This document shows, piece after piece, positions 1 through 12,300 of a stretch of 63,538 bases of DNA. The notes beneath the pieces were generated by a model. That model saw nothing but the letters and a program-made list of their open reading frames with translations, was not told the origin of the DNA and ran no database searches. A program made the position numbers and the translations under genes. The DNA is from Negaprion brevirostris (lineage: Eukaryota): contig JARDVH010000115.1 of the NCBI GenBank assembly GCA_030324005.1, positions 48,740,246 through 48,803,783 of the forward strand, in the 5' to 3' direction. The first letter of the stretch is position 1. Each line of letters begins with the position of its first letter.

Positions 1-530
1 CAAGGCTTACAGAGTGAAGGGCATGCGCTCACTGACCTCTTGCTCAAAACTGACAGAGAATGCATTGAGTTCATCAGCAAGGGCTGTATTGTATTTTACA
101 TGCCTTCATCTTGTAGCCTGTTATGTCTTGTAGACCTTGCCATAGTTGGCGGGGGTCTGTGTGGCTAGCCTTGGACTCTAGCTTAGTTTGGTAATGTCTT
201 TTGGCACCCTTGATCATCATCTTCACAGGCAATTGTGAGAAGTTATTCACTCTTTATATTTCAATATTATTTCTATTTATAAAGGCTCTAGTCATCCATC
301 CAGCAATTCACTTTCTACAGTTCTGATGGTTTAATGCCCTGTTGTCTCCTGTCCTCGATCAAACCTTGTTCTGTCCTCGATCAAACCTTTCATTGTAGTC
401 CCTGATGTTAGGTGTATTTCCACCGTGCCCTTTGATGACACCTTAAAGCTCCATCCCTATGCCCTAACTAGTATCAAATATTCTTAATTGTTCATTCAGG
501 GTGAACATATTCTGTTTTCTTCTCTGCTGC

Positions 531-2970
531 TTTTATTATTCTTTTGCCGGATGTGGGTGTCACGGGCTGGGCCAGCATTTGTTGCCCATCCCTAATTGCT
601 CTTGAGAAGGTGGCGATGAGTTGCCTTCTTGAACCACTGTGGTCCATATGATGTAGGTACATCCACAATTCTGTTAGGAAGGGAGTTCTAGGATTTTGAC
701 TTAGGTACAGTAAAGGAAAAGCAATATAGTCCCAAGTCAGGATGGTGTGCGGCTTGGAGGGGAACTTGCAAGTGGTGATGTTCTCATGCATCTGCTTTCT
801 TTGTCCCAGGTGGTAGAATCATTGGTTTCGAAGATTCAAACGAGCCTTGATGAGATGCTGGAGTGCATCACGTATATGGTACACATTGCTGCCACTATGC
901 ATCAGTGGTATAGTGATTTGATTTATTTATTATTGTCACAGTGAAAAGTATTGTTTCTTCTGCACCCTACAGAGAAAGTATACTGTACATGGAGAAGGAA
1001 AGGAGTGAGTGCAGAATATAGTGTGACAGTCATAGCTAGAATGCGGAGAAAAATCAGCTTAATAGGTCCATTCAAAAGTCTGACAGTAGCAGGGAAGGAG
1101 CTGTTCTTGAATCAGTCGGTATATATCCTAAGACTTTTGTATCTTTTTCCTGACAAAGAAGGTGGAAGAGAGTATGTCCAGGGTGCGTGGGGTTCTTGAT
1201 TATGTTGGCTGCTTTTCCAAGGCAATGGGAAGTGTAGAGTCAGTGGATGGGAGGCTGGTTTACGTGATGGTCTGAGCTTCATCTGCAAACCTTTGTAGTT
1301 TTTTGTGGCTTTGGACAGAGAAGGAGCATACCAAGCTGTGATACAACCAGAAAGAATGATTTGTATGATGCATCTGTAAAAGTTGATGAGAGTCGCAGTG
1401 GACATGCCAAATTTCCTTACCTTCTGAGAAAGTAGAGGCATTGGTGGGCTTTCTTAACTATAGCATCAGCATGGAGGGACCAGGATAAGTTGTCGGTGAT
1501 CTGGACACCTAGAAACTTGAAGCTCTCGAATCATTTCCACTTTGTCCCCATTAATGTAGATAGGGACATGTCCTCCACTACGCTTCCTGAAGTTGATGAC
1601 TATCTCCTTCGTTTTATTGACATTGAGGGAGAGAGTATTGTCATTGCACCAGTTTAATGAGTCAGTGTTGAAGGTAGTCAGTGGGGTGCCAATCAAGTGG
1701 GTTGCTTTGTCAAATGGTGTTGAGCTTCCTGAATGTTGTTGGTTCTGAGTGTTGTCCATAATACTCCATTGGGGGTGGAGGGTGTGCTGGGCCTTGAGGT
1801 TAGATTGTGTTTGCGTACAATTCTGCTGCTGCAGATGGCCCACAGCTCCTCATGGATTCTCAGTTTTAAGTTTCTGTTTGAAATTTGTCCCATGTAGCAC
1901 AGTGGTAGTGCTACAAAACACAATGATAGAAATCCTCAGTGTGAAGATGGGGCATTGTCTCTACAGGGACTCTGCAGTGGTCATTCCTACCTATACAGTC
2001 ATCAGTAATGGAGAGATGCATCTGTGATTTGAAGGTCAACAAGGAGGAGGTCAAGTATGTTTTTCCCTCATGTTAGATCCCTCACCACCTGCCACTGACC
2101 CAATCTAGCAGCTGTCTCCTCTGGAACTCATCCAACTTGGGGTCAGTGGTAGTACTACCAAGCCACTCTTGGTGATGGGCATTGATGTCCACCACCCAAA
2201 GTGTATTTTGTGCTCTTGCCACCTCAGTGCTTCTTTCAAATTGTGTTCAACGTGGAGAAGTATAGATTCCTCTACTGACATGAGGTGGTGGAGTGTGCTG
2301 GGGCTGGGGGTGGGATTGGGCAGGGTGGTAATCAGCAGGAAATTCCTTGCCTATGTTTGAACTGAGACTTCATGGGGTCCAAAGTTGATGTTGAGAATTT
2401 TCAGGGCACCTCCCTTTCAACTGAATGTCACTGTCACATCTGCCATTGGCACAGGACATAGCCAGGGATGGTGATTGTGGTGCCTAGGATATTGTCTGTT
2501 AAGTATGATTCCATGACTATGACTTTTATTAGGAAGTTGCTTGACCAGTCTGTGGGACAGCTGTCCCAATGAATCCCGAGACATTGTAAAGGAGCACTTT
2601 GTAGGGTCGACAGGGCTGGGTGTTGTTTCTGGTGACTGTTGATGCCAGGTTATCGGTTCAGTTTCATTCCTTTTAGATTTCATAGCATTTTGATAATGGA
2701 CACAAACTGAGTGCTTGCTCAACCATTTCAGAGTCAGTCACATTTCCGTGGGTCCAGAGTCACATATAGGCCACACTAGGCAAGGATGGCTGATATCTTT
2801 TCCTTAATGGACATTAGTGTTTTTATAAAAATCAGCAATGATCACTATAACTGAGACTAGCTTTTAATTCCAGATTTATTAATTGAATTTAAATTCCACT
2901 AGCTGGAAACACTTGAATCTATCCTGGGCCTATGGATTGCTAGTCCATTGGTACTACCAGCATGCCCCCA
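531..2970 (-). mobile_element. Decayed, internally deleted CR1/L2-group LINE with SacSINE1/Deu-type head and tail
   Basis: 2700-2970 is the reverse complement of the head of the SINE at 3948-4300. 531-640 is the reverse complement of the same SINE tail (CAAGGGCAATTAGGGATGGGCAA..AAATGCTGGC). The sequence between looks like frameshifted LINE ORF2 and is interrupted by a Rex1-like insertion. Confidence 0.7.
914..1656 (-). mobile_element. 5'-truncated Rex1/Babar-type non-LTR retrotransposon
   Basis: Minus-strand remnants WCNDNTLSLNVNKTKEIVINFRK (RT C-terminus) and RKFGMSTATLINFYRCIIQIILSGCITAWY (DUF1891-like). The 3' tail reads TGTGACAATAATAAATAAATCAAATC. Confidence 0.8.
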
Positions 2971-3299
2971 TCTCCCAGATCATTAAATCCAAATCTAATA
3001 TCCTGTATATCACCAAGATTGTTTACTACTATTTCCCCAGCTCTGTCCATTCCGCTGTTGAGCAACACTGGGACTGTTATCTGTATTATTGTTAGCTCCA
3101 CACTCGTCTTCTCCTGCAACTTTCTTCTAGCCTCCTGAGATTAACGTGACACAAACTCCAACACAGCCAAAACTCTGCTGCTTGAAACCTGTCCCAGACT
3201 AATTATTTCTCATCCATCAACCCTTTCATTACTTACCTCAGAGAATTGAATTCAATATCAGGGTCTTGTTTATCCATGGTCTCATCCCACCATTCGATT

Positions 3300-3670
3300 G
3301 TCAGCTGGGCTCACTGGTACCACTCTCGCCTCTAAATCAGAGATCATGGGTTCAAGTACCACTCAGCTTAATCACATAATCTAATCACTTCAGCAAGAGT
3401 ATTGCATTGTCAAAAATTGCCTTACAGTTGAGAACTAAACTGATATACCATATGCTAGTTCTGGTGGATACAAAAGATCCTGAGATACTGTTAAAGAAAA
3501 AACAGGGAATTTCCCCCAGTTCCTAGCCAGTGTTTATCTCTCAATCAGCATCATCAAAAATGGTGATTACCTCACCGCTGTGAGCAAATTGGCTGCAACG
3601 TTTGCCTACTAAACAAAAGTGACTATACTGAGAACATGAAAAGCACTGCATAAATTCAAGCATTTCTTCA
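3300..3670 (+). mobile_element. tRNA-headed SINE with L2-like tail (decayed)
   Basis: Degenerate A box and B box (GGTTCAAGTACC), with an AAAGCACTGCATAAATTCAAG-type L2 3' end. Confidence 0.55.
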
Positions 3671-3947
3671 TGTCTCTTAAATAGTGGTGTACTGCTAACT
3701 CTATCACTGCTTGTCATCTATTTCCCCTCAGTAAAATAACTTAGGACATATACTGTGTTGAAGACATTATATGAATATGAATTGTATCAATGCACACACT
3801 TTTTCTAATTTGATACATTTGTAACTGTAGTTTTCAAATACTTTGTGTATAAACATCAGTCAATAATTTTGCATAGCAGTTATGAGTGATGATGTTACTA
3901 TGCTAATAAACAGTAAACAGCATCAAAATCAAATCTGTTTAAAATGT

Positions 3948-4300
3948 TGGGGAGGCAGTGCCGCAGTGGTGTTGTCACTGGCCTAGTCACCCAATAATGC
4001 AGAGTAATGCTCTAGGGACACAAGTTCACATCCTGCCATGGTGGAATTTAAATCCAGTCAAAATCTAGAATTAAAAGTTGAATGATGACCATGAAACCAC
4101 TGTTGATTGTCATTAAAAAAGCCCCACCTAATTCACTAATGTCCTGTTAGAGAAGGAAATCTGCCACCCTTGCCTGGTAGGCCTTCATGTGACTCCAGAT
4201 CTACAGCAATGACTCTTAAATGCCTCCTCCTCAAGGGCAATTGGAGATTGGCAATAAATGCTGGCCTACCCAATGATGCCCACATATCATGAAAGAAATT
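3948..4300 (+). mobile_element. SacSINE1/Deu-type SINE
   Basis: tRNA-like head, Deu-like core (GAAGGAAATCTGCC..CATGTGACTCCAGA) and tail CAAGGGCAATTGGAGATTGGCAATAAATGCTGGC. Confidence 0.75.
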
Positions 4301-4539
4301 TTTCAAAGATCGTGTAGCTTGACCCCAGTTTTTGCTAGATTGTCACTCTCGGTTTGAGTATCACTTTGTGGATGGCTCACCAGCATTCATGTCTATTTTA
4401 CAATTCTACCGCTTCTCATTTCTGTTGCTTTCTGTTACAGTACCTCTGTATGTCTGTGCATTTAGATACCAGGCAAGGATAGGAAAGGGAGCCTTGGTGA
4501 AGTGAGAAAGAGGATAGTATTTCAGGTCAATTACCCTTC

Positions 4540-4665
4540 CTCAGAATTAAATGTCTTTGACTGAAATGATGGCACAGTTTCATTCTCCATAGATGTTACC
4601 AGACCTGCTAAGTATTTCCCACATGTTTATATTTCTGATGTTGCGCATCAGCAGTATTTTGGTTT
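4540..4665 (+). repeat. Penelope-like terminal repeat fragment
   Basis: Motif AGATGTTACCAGACCTGCTAAGTATTTCC. Related copies lie at ~38790-38915 (-) and ~43300-43425 (+). Confidence 0.45.
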
Positions 4666-4667
4666 TG

Positions 4668-4842
4668 TAAGGGTAGACTTAGATGTGCAGGTTAGGTGGA
4701 TTGGCCATGTTAAATTGCCCCTTAGTGTCAGTGGAGCTATCCAGCGTAAATGCATGGGGTTATAGGGATAGGGCCTGGCTGGGATTGTGATTGGTGCAGA
4801 TGTGATGGACCGAATGGCCTCCTTCTGCACTGTAGGATTCTA
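4668..4842 (+). mobile_element. HE1/V-SINE 3' fragment
   Basis: GTTAGGTGGATTGGCCATGTTAAATTGCCCCTTAGTGTC followed by the tail GACCGAATGGCCTCCTTCTGCACTGTAGGATTCT. Confidence 0.8.
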
Positions 4843-6299
4843 ATTGGACTTGGTTGTGAACATTCCATAATCTGTTAGATAACTAACGGTCTTTATTGTT
4901 CAACTTCAGGCAGAGGGTCTGATTTTATCTCTATAAATGAATGAGTTTTAAGTAAGTTAAAATCAGGCCACAAAGCTATTTGTGTGCCATACCAGATAAC
5001 TGCATGAGCTACAGCCACTGGGTGGTAAGTAGTGAAGATAGAAAGTTGAAAAGAAAATGGAACCTTGGTTTTCCCCTTGCAGTTACTCACACAAAATATT
5101 ATAGGTCACTGAAATTGGATCAAACAACAAACATTCTCAATTTCAAATCACCAGCTAAAAAACTGTAATTACTTACCTTTTTTCAGGTGATACATCTCTA
5201 AATATTGAACTATGTAAAGATTATACCATGTGCTATATTGGTGGAATTCCTCTTTGATGGCAATTTGCATCATTATTTAGTGCAGGAAGAAGTAAGCTTT
5301 TTAGTTTTATGAAGACATGGGGCCTCAGGACCACATATCAAGTTTGAATCCATGTTCTCATCAATGTGCAATGTCATATAATGATGATCCTAACAGATCT
5401 TGGTATTCTAATTTAGAATTTATTCCCCAGTTACTTCTTAACACAACTAAAATCCCCATGCCACATTTAAAGTCCCAAATATATCCCAGCAATTCAACAG
5501 GCTCCTTTCTTGTTCTGACACAACAAACAGCACAATGCCAGGATGGTATTAAAATATAATTGTTGTGTAGCCATAGAAAATCCAGCTAATGGTATAGAAG
5601 CCATTTGCCTGGATGTTCATGGGGAGGGGGGCACAGTTTTGAATGGAAATCAGTGTTTCAGTGCCACGTTGTACATCTTTTGCCATTACCAAATTCTCCA
5701 CTCGGAGGTTAGCCTTACTGGCAGTTGGATGCGGAGGACCCTAACATTGGCTGCAGATGTAAGTCTAATCCTCAATTCCAGTGGTGGGGATTGATCCTGG
5801 AGATTTTTGGGTGTGGAGTTTAATATGAGGGAGTATTCTGCTTTACAAGCAATCCTGAAAATGCACTTAACTTCTCACCTGGCTGTTCTCACCTTCTTCA
5901 ACTACTATGCATCCCAAGGCATGGGAAAACTAGCTCAACACTGTAAAACCTGAAAAGCAGGTCAAATTAGTCAGTCTCAGTAAAATGTTTAAACTGCCAG
6001 TCTGCCTCTGTTAAACCAGGAAGTCGGTAGACGTCATATGATCTTTAAAATTCTAGTGCCCATTTGAACCCCACCCATTGTGTTTGAAATTAATGAGCCT
6101 TCCTTACTCTAAGACACATTTTGCAACTGTATAAAATAACCTCCACCCTGTAGAAAAATAGTACTTCATCTCTTACAAATGTGTTAAACCTATTCATATA
6201 TTTTCTGAAGTTTAGTAGTTGTTAGTGTATTTGTAGATGTGACATCCAATTGAACAGATCAGGACTCCACCAACAGCAATGAATTCTCAGCATAAATTT

Positions 6300-7225
6300 C
6301 AAAGAGAAGATCTTGCCTGACCAACCTTACTGAATTTTTTGAAGAGAAACGGAGAAAGTTAATAGTGGTAATGCATTAGGTGTGGTTTATCTGGATTTTC
6401 AGAAGGCCTTCAGTAATGTGCCCCATAACAGAATGAATAAGGTCAGAAAATGTGGAGTTAGAGGACAAGTGGCAGAATGGATTGCTAGCTGGCTTCAAGA
6501 CTGAAAACAGAGTGAGAGTAAAGGGTAATTATTCAGAATGCAGAAAAGGGGAAGTGGTGTTCCACAAGGATCATCATGTTTACAATTTACATTGACTTGG
6601 ACTTTGGAAACAAAACACAATTCTAAACTTGCATCTGACACCAAATTGAGGAAGAGGGGTAGTCAATATTAGTTGCAACCTGATGAAGGAACAGTGTTCT
6701 GAAACCTCATGACTCCAAATAAACCTGTTGGACTTTAACCTGGTGTGGTGAGATTTCTTACTGTACAATTACATCAATCACTAAAAGCTGCTCCACTAGT
6801 TAGCAGGACCATGAAAAGGCAAACCAACCACTAGGCTTTATTTCCTGAGAGATAGAATTGAAAAGTAGTGAAGTTATGCTGAATCTGTATTGAACCTTAG
6901 GGAGACCACAAAAGTTTAGCATGCAGTTCTGGTAGCCACATTATAAGAAAGACATAGAGGCACTGCAAAGAAGATTTTTAAAGATGATTCCTGAAATGCA
7001 TAGATATACATATCAGGAAAGGAGTGATAGACTGGGTGAAGTGAATAGTACAGATTCACTTATGGAGAAGCTAGACCAGCACTTGAGGCAAAAATTATGA
7101 TTAAAAAGATCAATTTAAATGACGAAATATGCGAGGAAGTTTGGATGGAGCATAAAGATCAGTATGGACTGGTTGAGCCAAATGGCCTGCTTTTATGCTG
7201 TTGTTTATCCTCTACAATCTATGTA
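6300..7225 (+). mobile_element. Decayed CR1 LINE, with a Penelope-like fragment at ~6678-6765
   Basis: RT motif YLDFQKAF (TATCTGGATTTTCAGAAGGCCTTC), GVPQGS, QFW-P and the CR1 3' tail GAGCCAAATGGCCTG. Confidence 0.8.
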
Positions 7226-9207
7226 TGTATTACTTAAGTAGGTTTGGACCCACAGCTCTTAGAATTCTGATAGACAGTATGTGCTATACATACACATACT
7301 AATTTAAATAAACAACTTCTCCTATGGAGACTTAATGGTATTTGATTTTAACTCCAAGAGCAATTGTAAAAACTCATATCAAAAATGCAGGAAATTATTA
7401 ATTTTACCGCTGTGATATAGAACTATACACCTTTTTTTAAAAAAAGCTATTTCACACTGAAATATGTGATATGAATACAATAATGTACAGTGGGTAGATG
7501 CTATATTTTGTACAAATGGGATTTTTGAAATTTAAAATAAAAATGCCAAAAGAGAAATTGAGCAAATTATTTCCAAAATCTCTTATTTCACGTAAATTTT
7601 ATTAGATATATTTTAACAAAATAAGAATTAATATAATTAACCTGGAACCTTTTTAATTATTTCAACTTGGATTTTATTCATTAGTTTTGTGTTATTTCAT
7701 AGTGATAGAACATTGATGTGTATTCCTTGGGAGGGAAGTAAAGACTCATTAGTAACAACTACGGCAGGCCTAATCCATCACAATGAGACTAAGCAATGCA
7801 GCATGAGAATACGAATGAATATGAAATAATTGCACGCCAGTGTGACTGACCCCTCAGCCTTGAAATCCATGAGAGATCATGTGGGTTGGTAGGGGAGAAT
7901 CTGACTCTATTTCTAACACAGTTATGAGAAAAATGTGGCTGGAACCAAATACTCCTTATATGATGTAGCTGGTAAAAGAAGTGAGAGGAGCAAGGAATTT
8001 GACACGTTGGTGCAAAGTTGCTTCATTGATGGAAGTTGAAGCAAGTGTACATTTCCTGGAAGAGGCAAACTTGACAATGAGAGCAGAACTTCTTTCATGA
8101 TTTATAATGTGAATTTCAAAGCTGCAGCTGTTATCCCTAAAGTCTTATTAATTGTAATTTTTGGTGTGGGGATAGAGGCAGGGTTTAACTTTGAAAAAAA
8201 TGTAATAGTTTCCATTGTTTGTTGACCAAAGTCAGAAAGAATTATCGTTCAAATTGTTTGTAAACAGTAGTTTCAGTTTTTTTTATGAACATCTTGGAAA
8301 ATTAGGTGCCTCATATTTTTTCATGTTACACATCTCATCAAATATTAGCTTTCTAGTAGTCATATTGCATCATCAATCTTGTATTGGTCAGCTTTGCGAC
8401 TTACTTGTTGAAATATTCAACAACAAGCTGTTATGTTACTGGAACTAGCAATGTAACTTTTCAGCAGACTGTATGTATGATTGTTACTTATAAATTAATA
8501 AAGGAATGTAGTAATGTACAAACTTCCATCTAAGAGTTTTAGGCAAACTGTAAATGAATACATGGGTCAAAGTATCTCTAGAAAATGTGGTAGACCCTAG
8601 TCTGTGATAGCTTTAGACATACATCTGACATTGCATTATCTGTCACAATTTGGCAATAGAATTAAGTACTAGTACATGGTGTGTGTTATGAACAAAAGTG
8701 TTTAACTGTACATATGTTCAGTATCAGAGAACTGTTCCAAAATCTGGATTTGGAGATCTGGATTTTTAAAGATATTCCAAATAATTCTCAACTATCTAAA
8801 TGCAGTTAACTTGGTCTGTCTCACAATAGCTGAATGTATTAATAAATAAAATTGAGAATCCAGCAGCTGAACAATTAAATCTAAAATTTTGCACAGTTTG
8901 CTAACAGTTTTAATATGTGAGAATTAGTGAGGTTTTACAAGATGCTTCTTGAATCAAGTAAAAAAAATCTATAGAAAATGTACCATGTGCATTATAAAAA
9001 CAGGGAACTTACTAGTCCATCTCCTGTTCAGAGAATGATACAAATCTTGAAAATAAAATCTAGAGATGAGTCTGCATCCTGTACCAATGTCTGTGTTACA
9101 CAGTACATCTTTGTTTTCTAAGGACCACCATGCAGCCTTTCTACAGTGCAAACACTGCCTCTTTCAGCCTATGAATTCCTAATACTGTTCTGCTTTTCTT
9201 CCCGCAG

Positions 9208-9274
9208 GTTGGAACGGCTGGTGGATGTCCTGAGGAAGAAGGTTGGAACAGGGAACATCAGGACGGTGACCTGA
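9208..9274 (+). CDS. MIPOL1: MIPOL1 terminal coding exon
   Basis: Polypyrimidine tract and CAG acceptor at 9205-9207. Translates (R)LERLVDVLRKKVGTGNIRTVT*, matching the recalled MIPOL1 C-terminus (RLERLVDVLRKKVGTG..RTV). Lies convergent with FOXA1 as in other vertebrates. Confidence 0.9.
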
Positions 9275-9340
9275 TTGAGTAGCAGCGTCTGGCAATGTAG
9301 TCACATCTGGTGACCAGGCCATTCTATTCATCGTTGTACA

Positions 9341-9346
9341 AATAAA
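9341..9346 (+). terminator. Candidate MIPOL1 polyadenylation signal
   Basis: AATAAA 67 nt after the stop codon. An alternative lies at 9913-9918. Confidence 0.45.
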
Positions 9347-12300
9347 AAAATCCTGGTCTTAGCAAACAGTTGTTGTAACCAGCATGCTGAAATAACATTC
9401 CAAATATATCNNNNNNNNNNNNNNNNNNAGTCTGGAAACTTGATAGTATTCTATTGACAAGTTGCAGACATGCAGGAGACACTCAGATGTACTGATTTTT
9501 TACCAGGAATTTGTAAGATCTGTGCTTATAAGAAGTTTCATTTTCCTGCATATTCATTAAGATAATTTACAATTATTACAATTATGCTGTCTTAAATTCA
9601 GTAAAAACTCCAAACGTTGTTCACTTGCTTGCCAGTTAGAAAATATTTGACCTATAGGATGTAAACCAAATTATATTTTTACATCTTTGAATCTGGAAAA
9701 GGACATTGCAGATTGAGTTGAATATTTGATGCTTAGTATTGTTTTAACATGACCTGCATGGGCGCTTGTGGCTTTTGCCCCCTAATATTTAACTTTGGTA
9801 ATTCAGTGCCCTAGTTTCAGTCGCATTATTCAGAATAACAATGTTGATTCTTTGTGCTGGCCATTACTTGTTTCATTTGTTCAGAATTTATATCTAGATC
9901 ATTATAGTACCAAATAAAGAGCTATGCAGATGTGTAAATGTTGAGTACATTTTACATCTGGGGGTTTGGGAATGGAATTGAACTTTTCAACACCAGTTCA
10001 ACCTTTTGTCTGTATTTTAAATGATTTTTTATTTAACTGGAGCCAAGGAATAAAATCATTTGCGAAAAGTTGCATGGTACAATCTAGANNNNNNNNNNNN
10101 NNNNNNNNNNNNNNNNNNNNNNNNNNNNNNNNNNNNNNNNNNNNNNNNNNNNNNNNNNNNNNNNNNNNNNNNNNNNNNNNNNNNNNNNNNNNNNNNNNNN
10201 NNNNNNNNNNNNNNNNNNNNNNNNNNNNNNNNNNNNNNNNNNNAATAAATAGTACATATTTTAAAAATCCTACTCATAAAATATTTAATATTTACAGAAT
10301 ATATTTAAACCTTTGCTATTCCGGATGCTAAAATCGAAATATAATGGAAGTGTGCTCGCACATTCAGATGCATGCGGTATATTCAAATTTGTATTGTACC
10401 ACCTATGAATTGGGCTGCACTCTATGTATTCTAATTATGTGAAGACACGGATTTTAAATTGTCAGCACCTTGAATTACAATGCTAATAAAATATTACAAA
10501 GAAAGCAAAAGAGAGAACTAGCAAATGTGAAATGTTCAAAAGTGCAGAGATGCGGCTGTGTTTAATATGAGTCCAATGCAGCTTTGTTGCTTCGATATTA
10601 ATTGAAAAGGGGCGGGTAATCGGCAGAAAAATACAATGATCCTACATGTGGAGATTTACTGACTCAGCTGGAGTTGGGAAGAAGACTAAATGAACATTCA
10701 CGTTTCCGTGGGTCTATTATCACTGGAGGTTATTTGTTATCTCAAAGATTTTAAGTTCGTCTTTTGGTTTATAATGGTTAATGCTCCAGTGAATGCAAAA
10801 GTGATTAAGGAAACAATACAGAGAATTATTTTATGCAGATACCCTGTCGAATAAGTACTTCAGCATCAACATATGTTTATAAAAAGTATTGAGTCAGTAA
10901 ATGAATCTTTAATGATGGTACGTTTAAGGGGATAACGATTTTACACAGAAAGACAGGACGGTGCCTGAAATTGGAATAGTCTAGTTTATTATCAACTCAT
11001 AGATGAAATATGATTTTCTCATTTAAAATTATCTAGGTTTGTTTAGGATCGATGATGCACTCTTACGTCACTAGTCTGACGCAATTTTCGTTCAATGCAA
11101 TTTTCAATGTATATGTGGTACATTTATAAATGTGATTAAAATTTCCAACATAAATACTTAGGGCGGGGACGAGGGGGGGGGGGGGCAGGCTACGAAGGGA
11201 CGTGTCGATAACGTTCTTATTATCCTGCAGCTTACTTCTGAGCAGTTTGTTTTCAAAACTCGGACGATGTTGCAAAAAAAGATTGCTTGCGCTATCTACT
11301 AAAAAAAACCATTCCTGTGTGAGTATTAAATAATGCACTTGGACAAAATGAAATATCTACCTGACAACGACAACCGTTTGTATTTATATATCCGCCCCGA
11401 ACACGTATTATTTCTGGACGTTTTACAAGATGTAGCTGAGTAAGAAAAGTAAGGCGGGGAAAACAAACTGGAGGCCAACAGCAGGGCACAGTTAGACTTT
11501 CAGAACTCTTGAAAAAGGGGAGCGCGATGGCAATGAACTGTAGTTCTGATACCGTTTAAGAAGTAGAGACATCACGATTGAAACTATCAAAATGATCAAT
11601 CTAGATATGCGTGATAAAATGAGTGGAAAAGTCCACGAAATCATTAATGTATGAGATGGTAATGTTGAGGATATAAAATATATCAAAAAATGAAAATAAT
11701 GAGAAAAGAACGTGTATATGTGTATCTTATATATAATCATCCACTTTATTATGGAATATGAATTAAAACGCGAATCGTATCTTGCACAATTATTACTGTG
11801 AAAGTATAAGCGTTATGTAAAAACGACAACCAAATTTCGGTTCCTTCCAGGGATCGAAATTATTTATGACGTTGAATCAAATGATATTTAACAAAACAAA
11901 TCCAAAAAATCATTAATAATATGACACTTCATAACTCTTAAAATAGCCTTTTAATGGACATCTCTGAAACGTGGTCAGAATTATTACGGTATACTAGGCA
12001 TCTTTAAATAGGTAGTGAGAATCATCTCTGAAATTTAATGTCTGGAATTGCTCGTGGCATTCTGTGGGTGTAGCAGTAAACCGGGGGAAATTTTAAACTC
12101 TCTCCTACAAAAGGTTTTTTTTAACAATCTAAGTGTATGGTAAACATTCGGTGATTAGCTTGTGTCTGACTGCCATAACCTCAAACCCAGGTGAACGAGC
12201 TGGACACACCTTTCATACGACAGTTATCCAATCTATTCAAAAATGAGCTAAATAAATAATTTCCAGGTCCCGACCCGGGCAAAAATCTAAAAGAGCCCTC

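Noticed and set aside
349-389. 22-bp-period local duplication (CTGTCCTCGATCAAACCTT x2)
   Set aside because: Simple slippage duplication in decayed repeat DNA.
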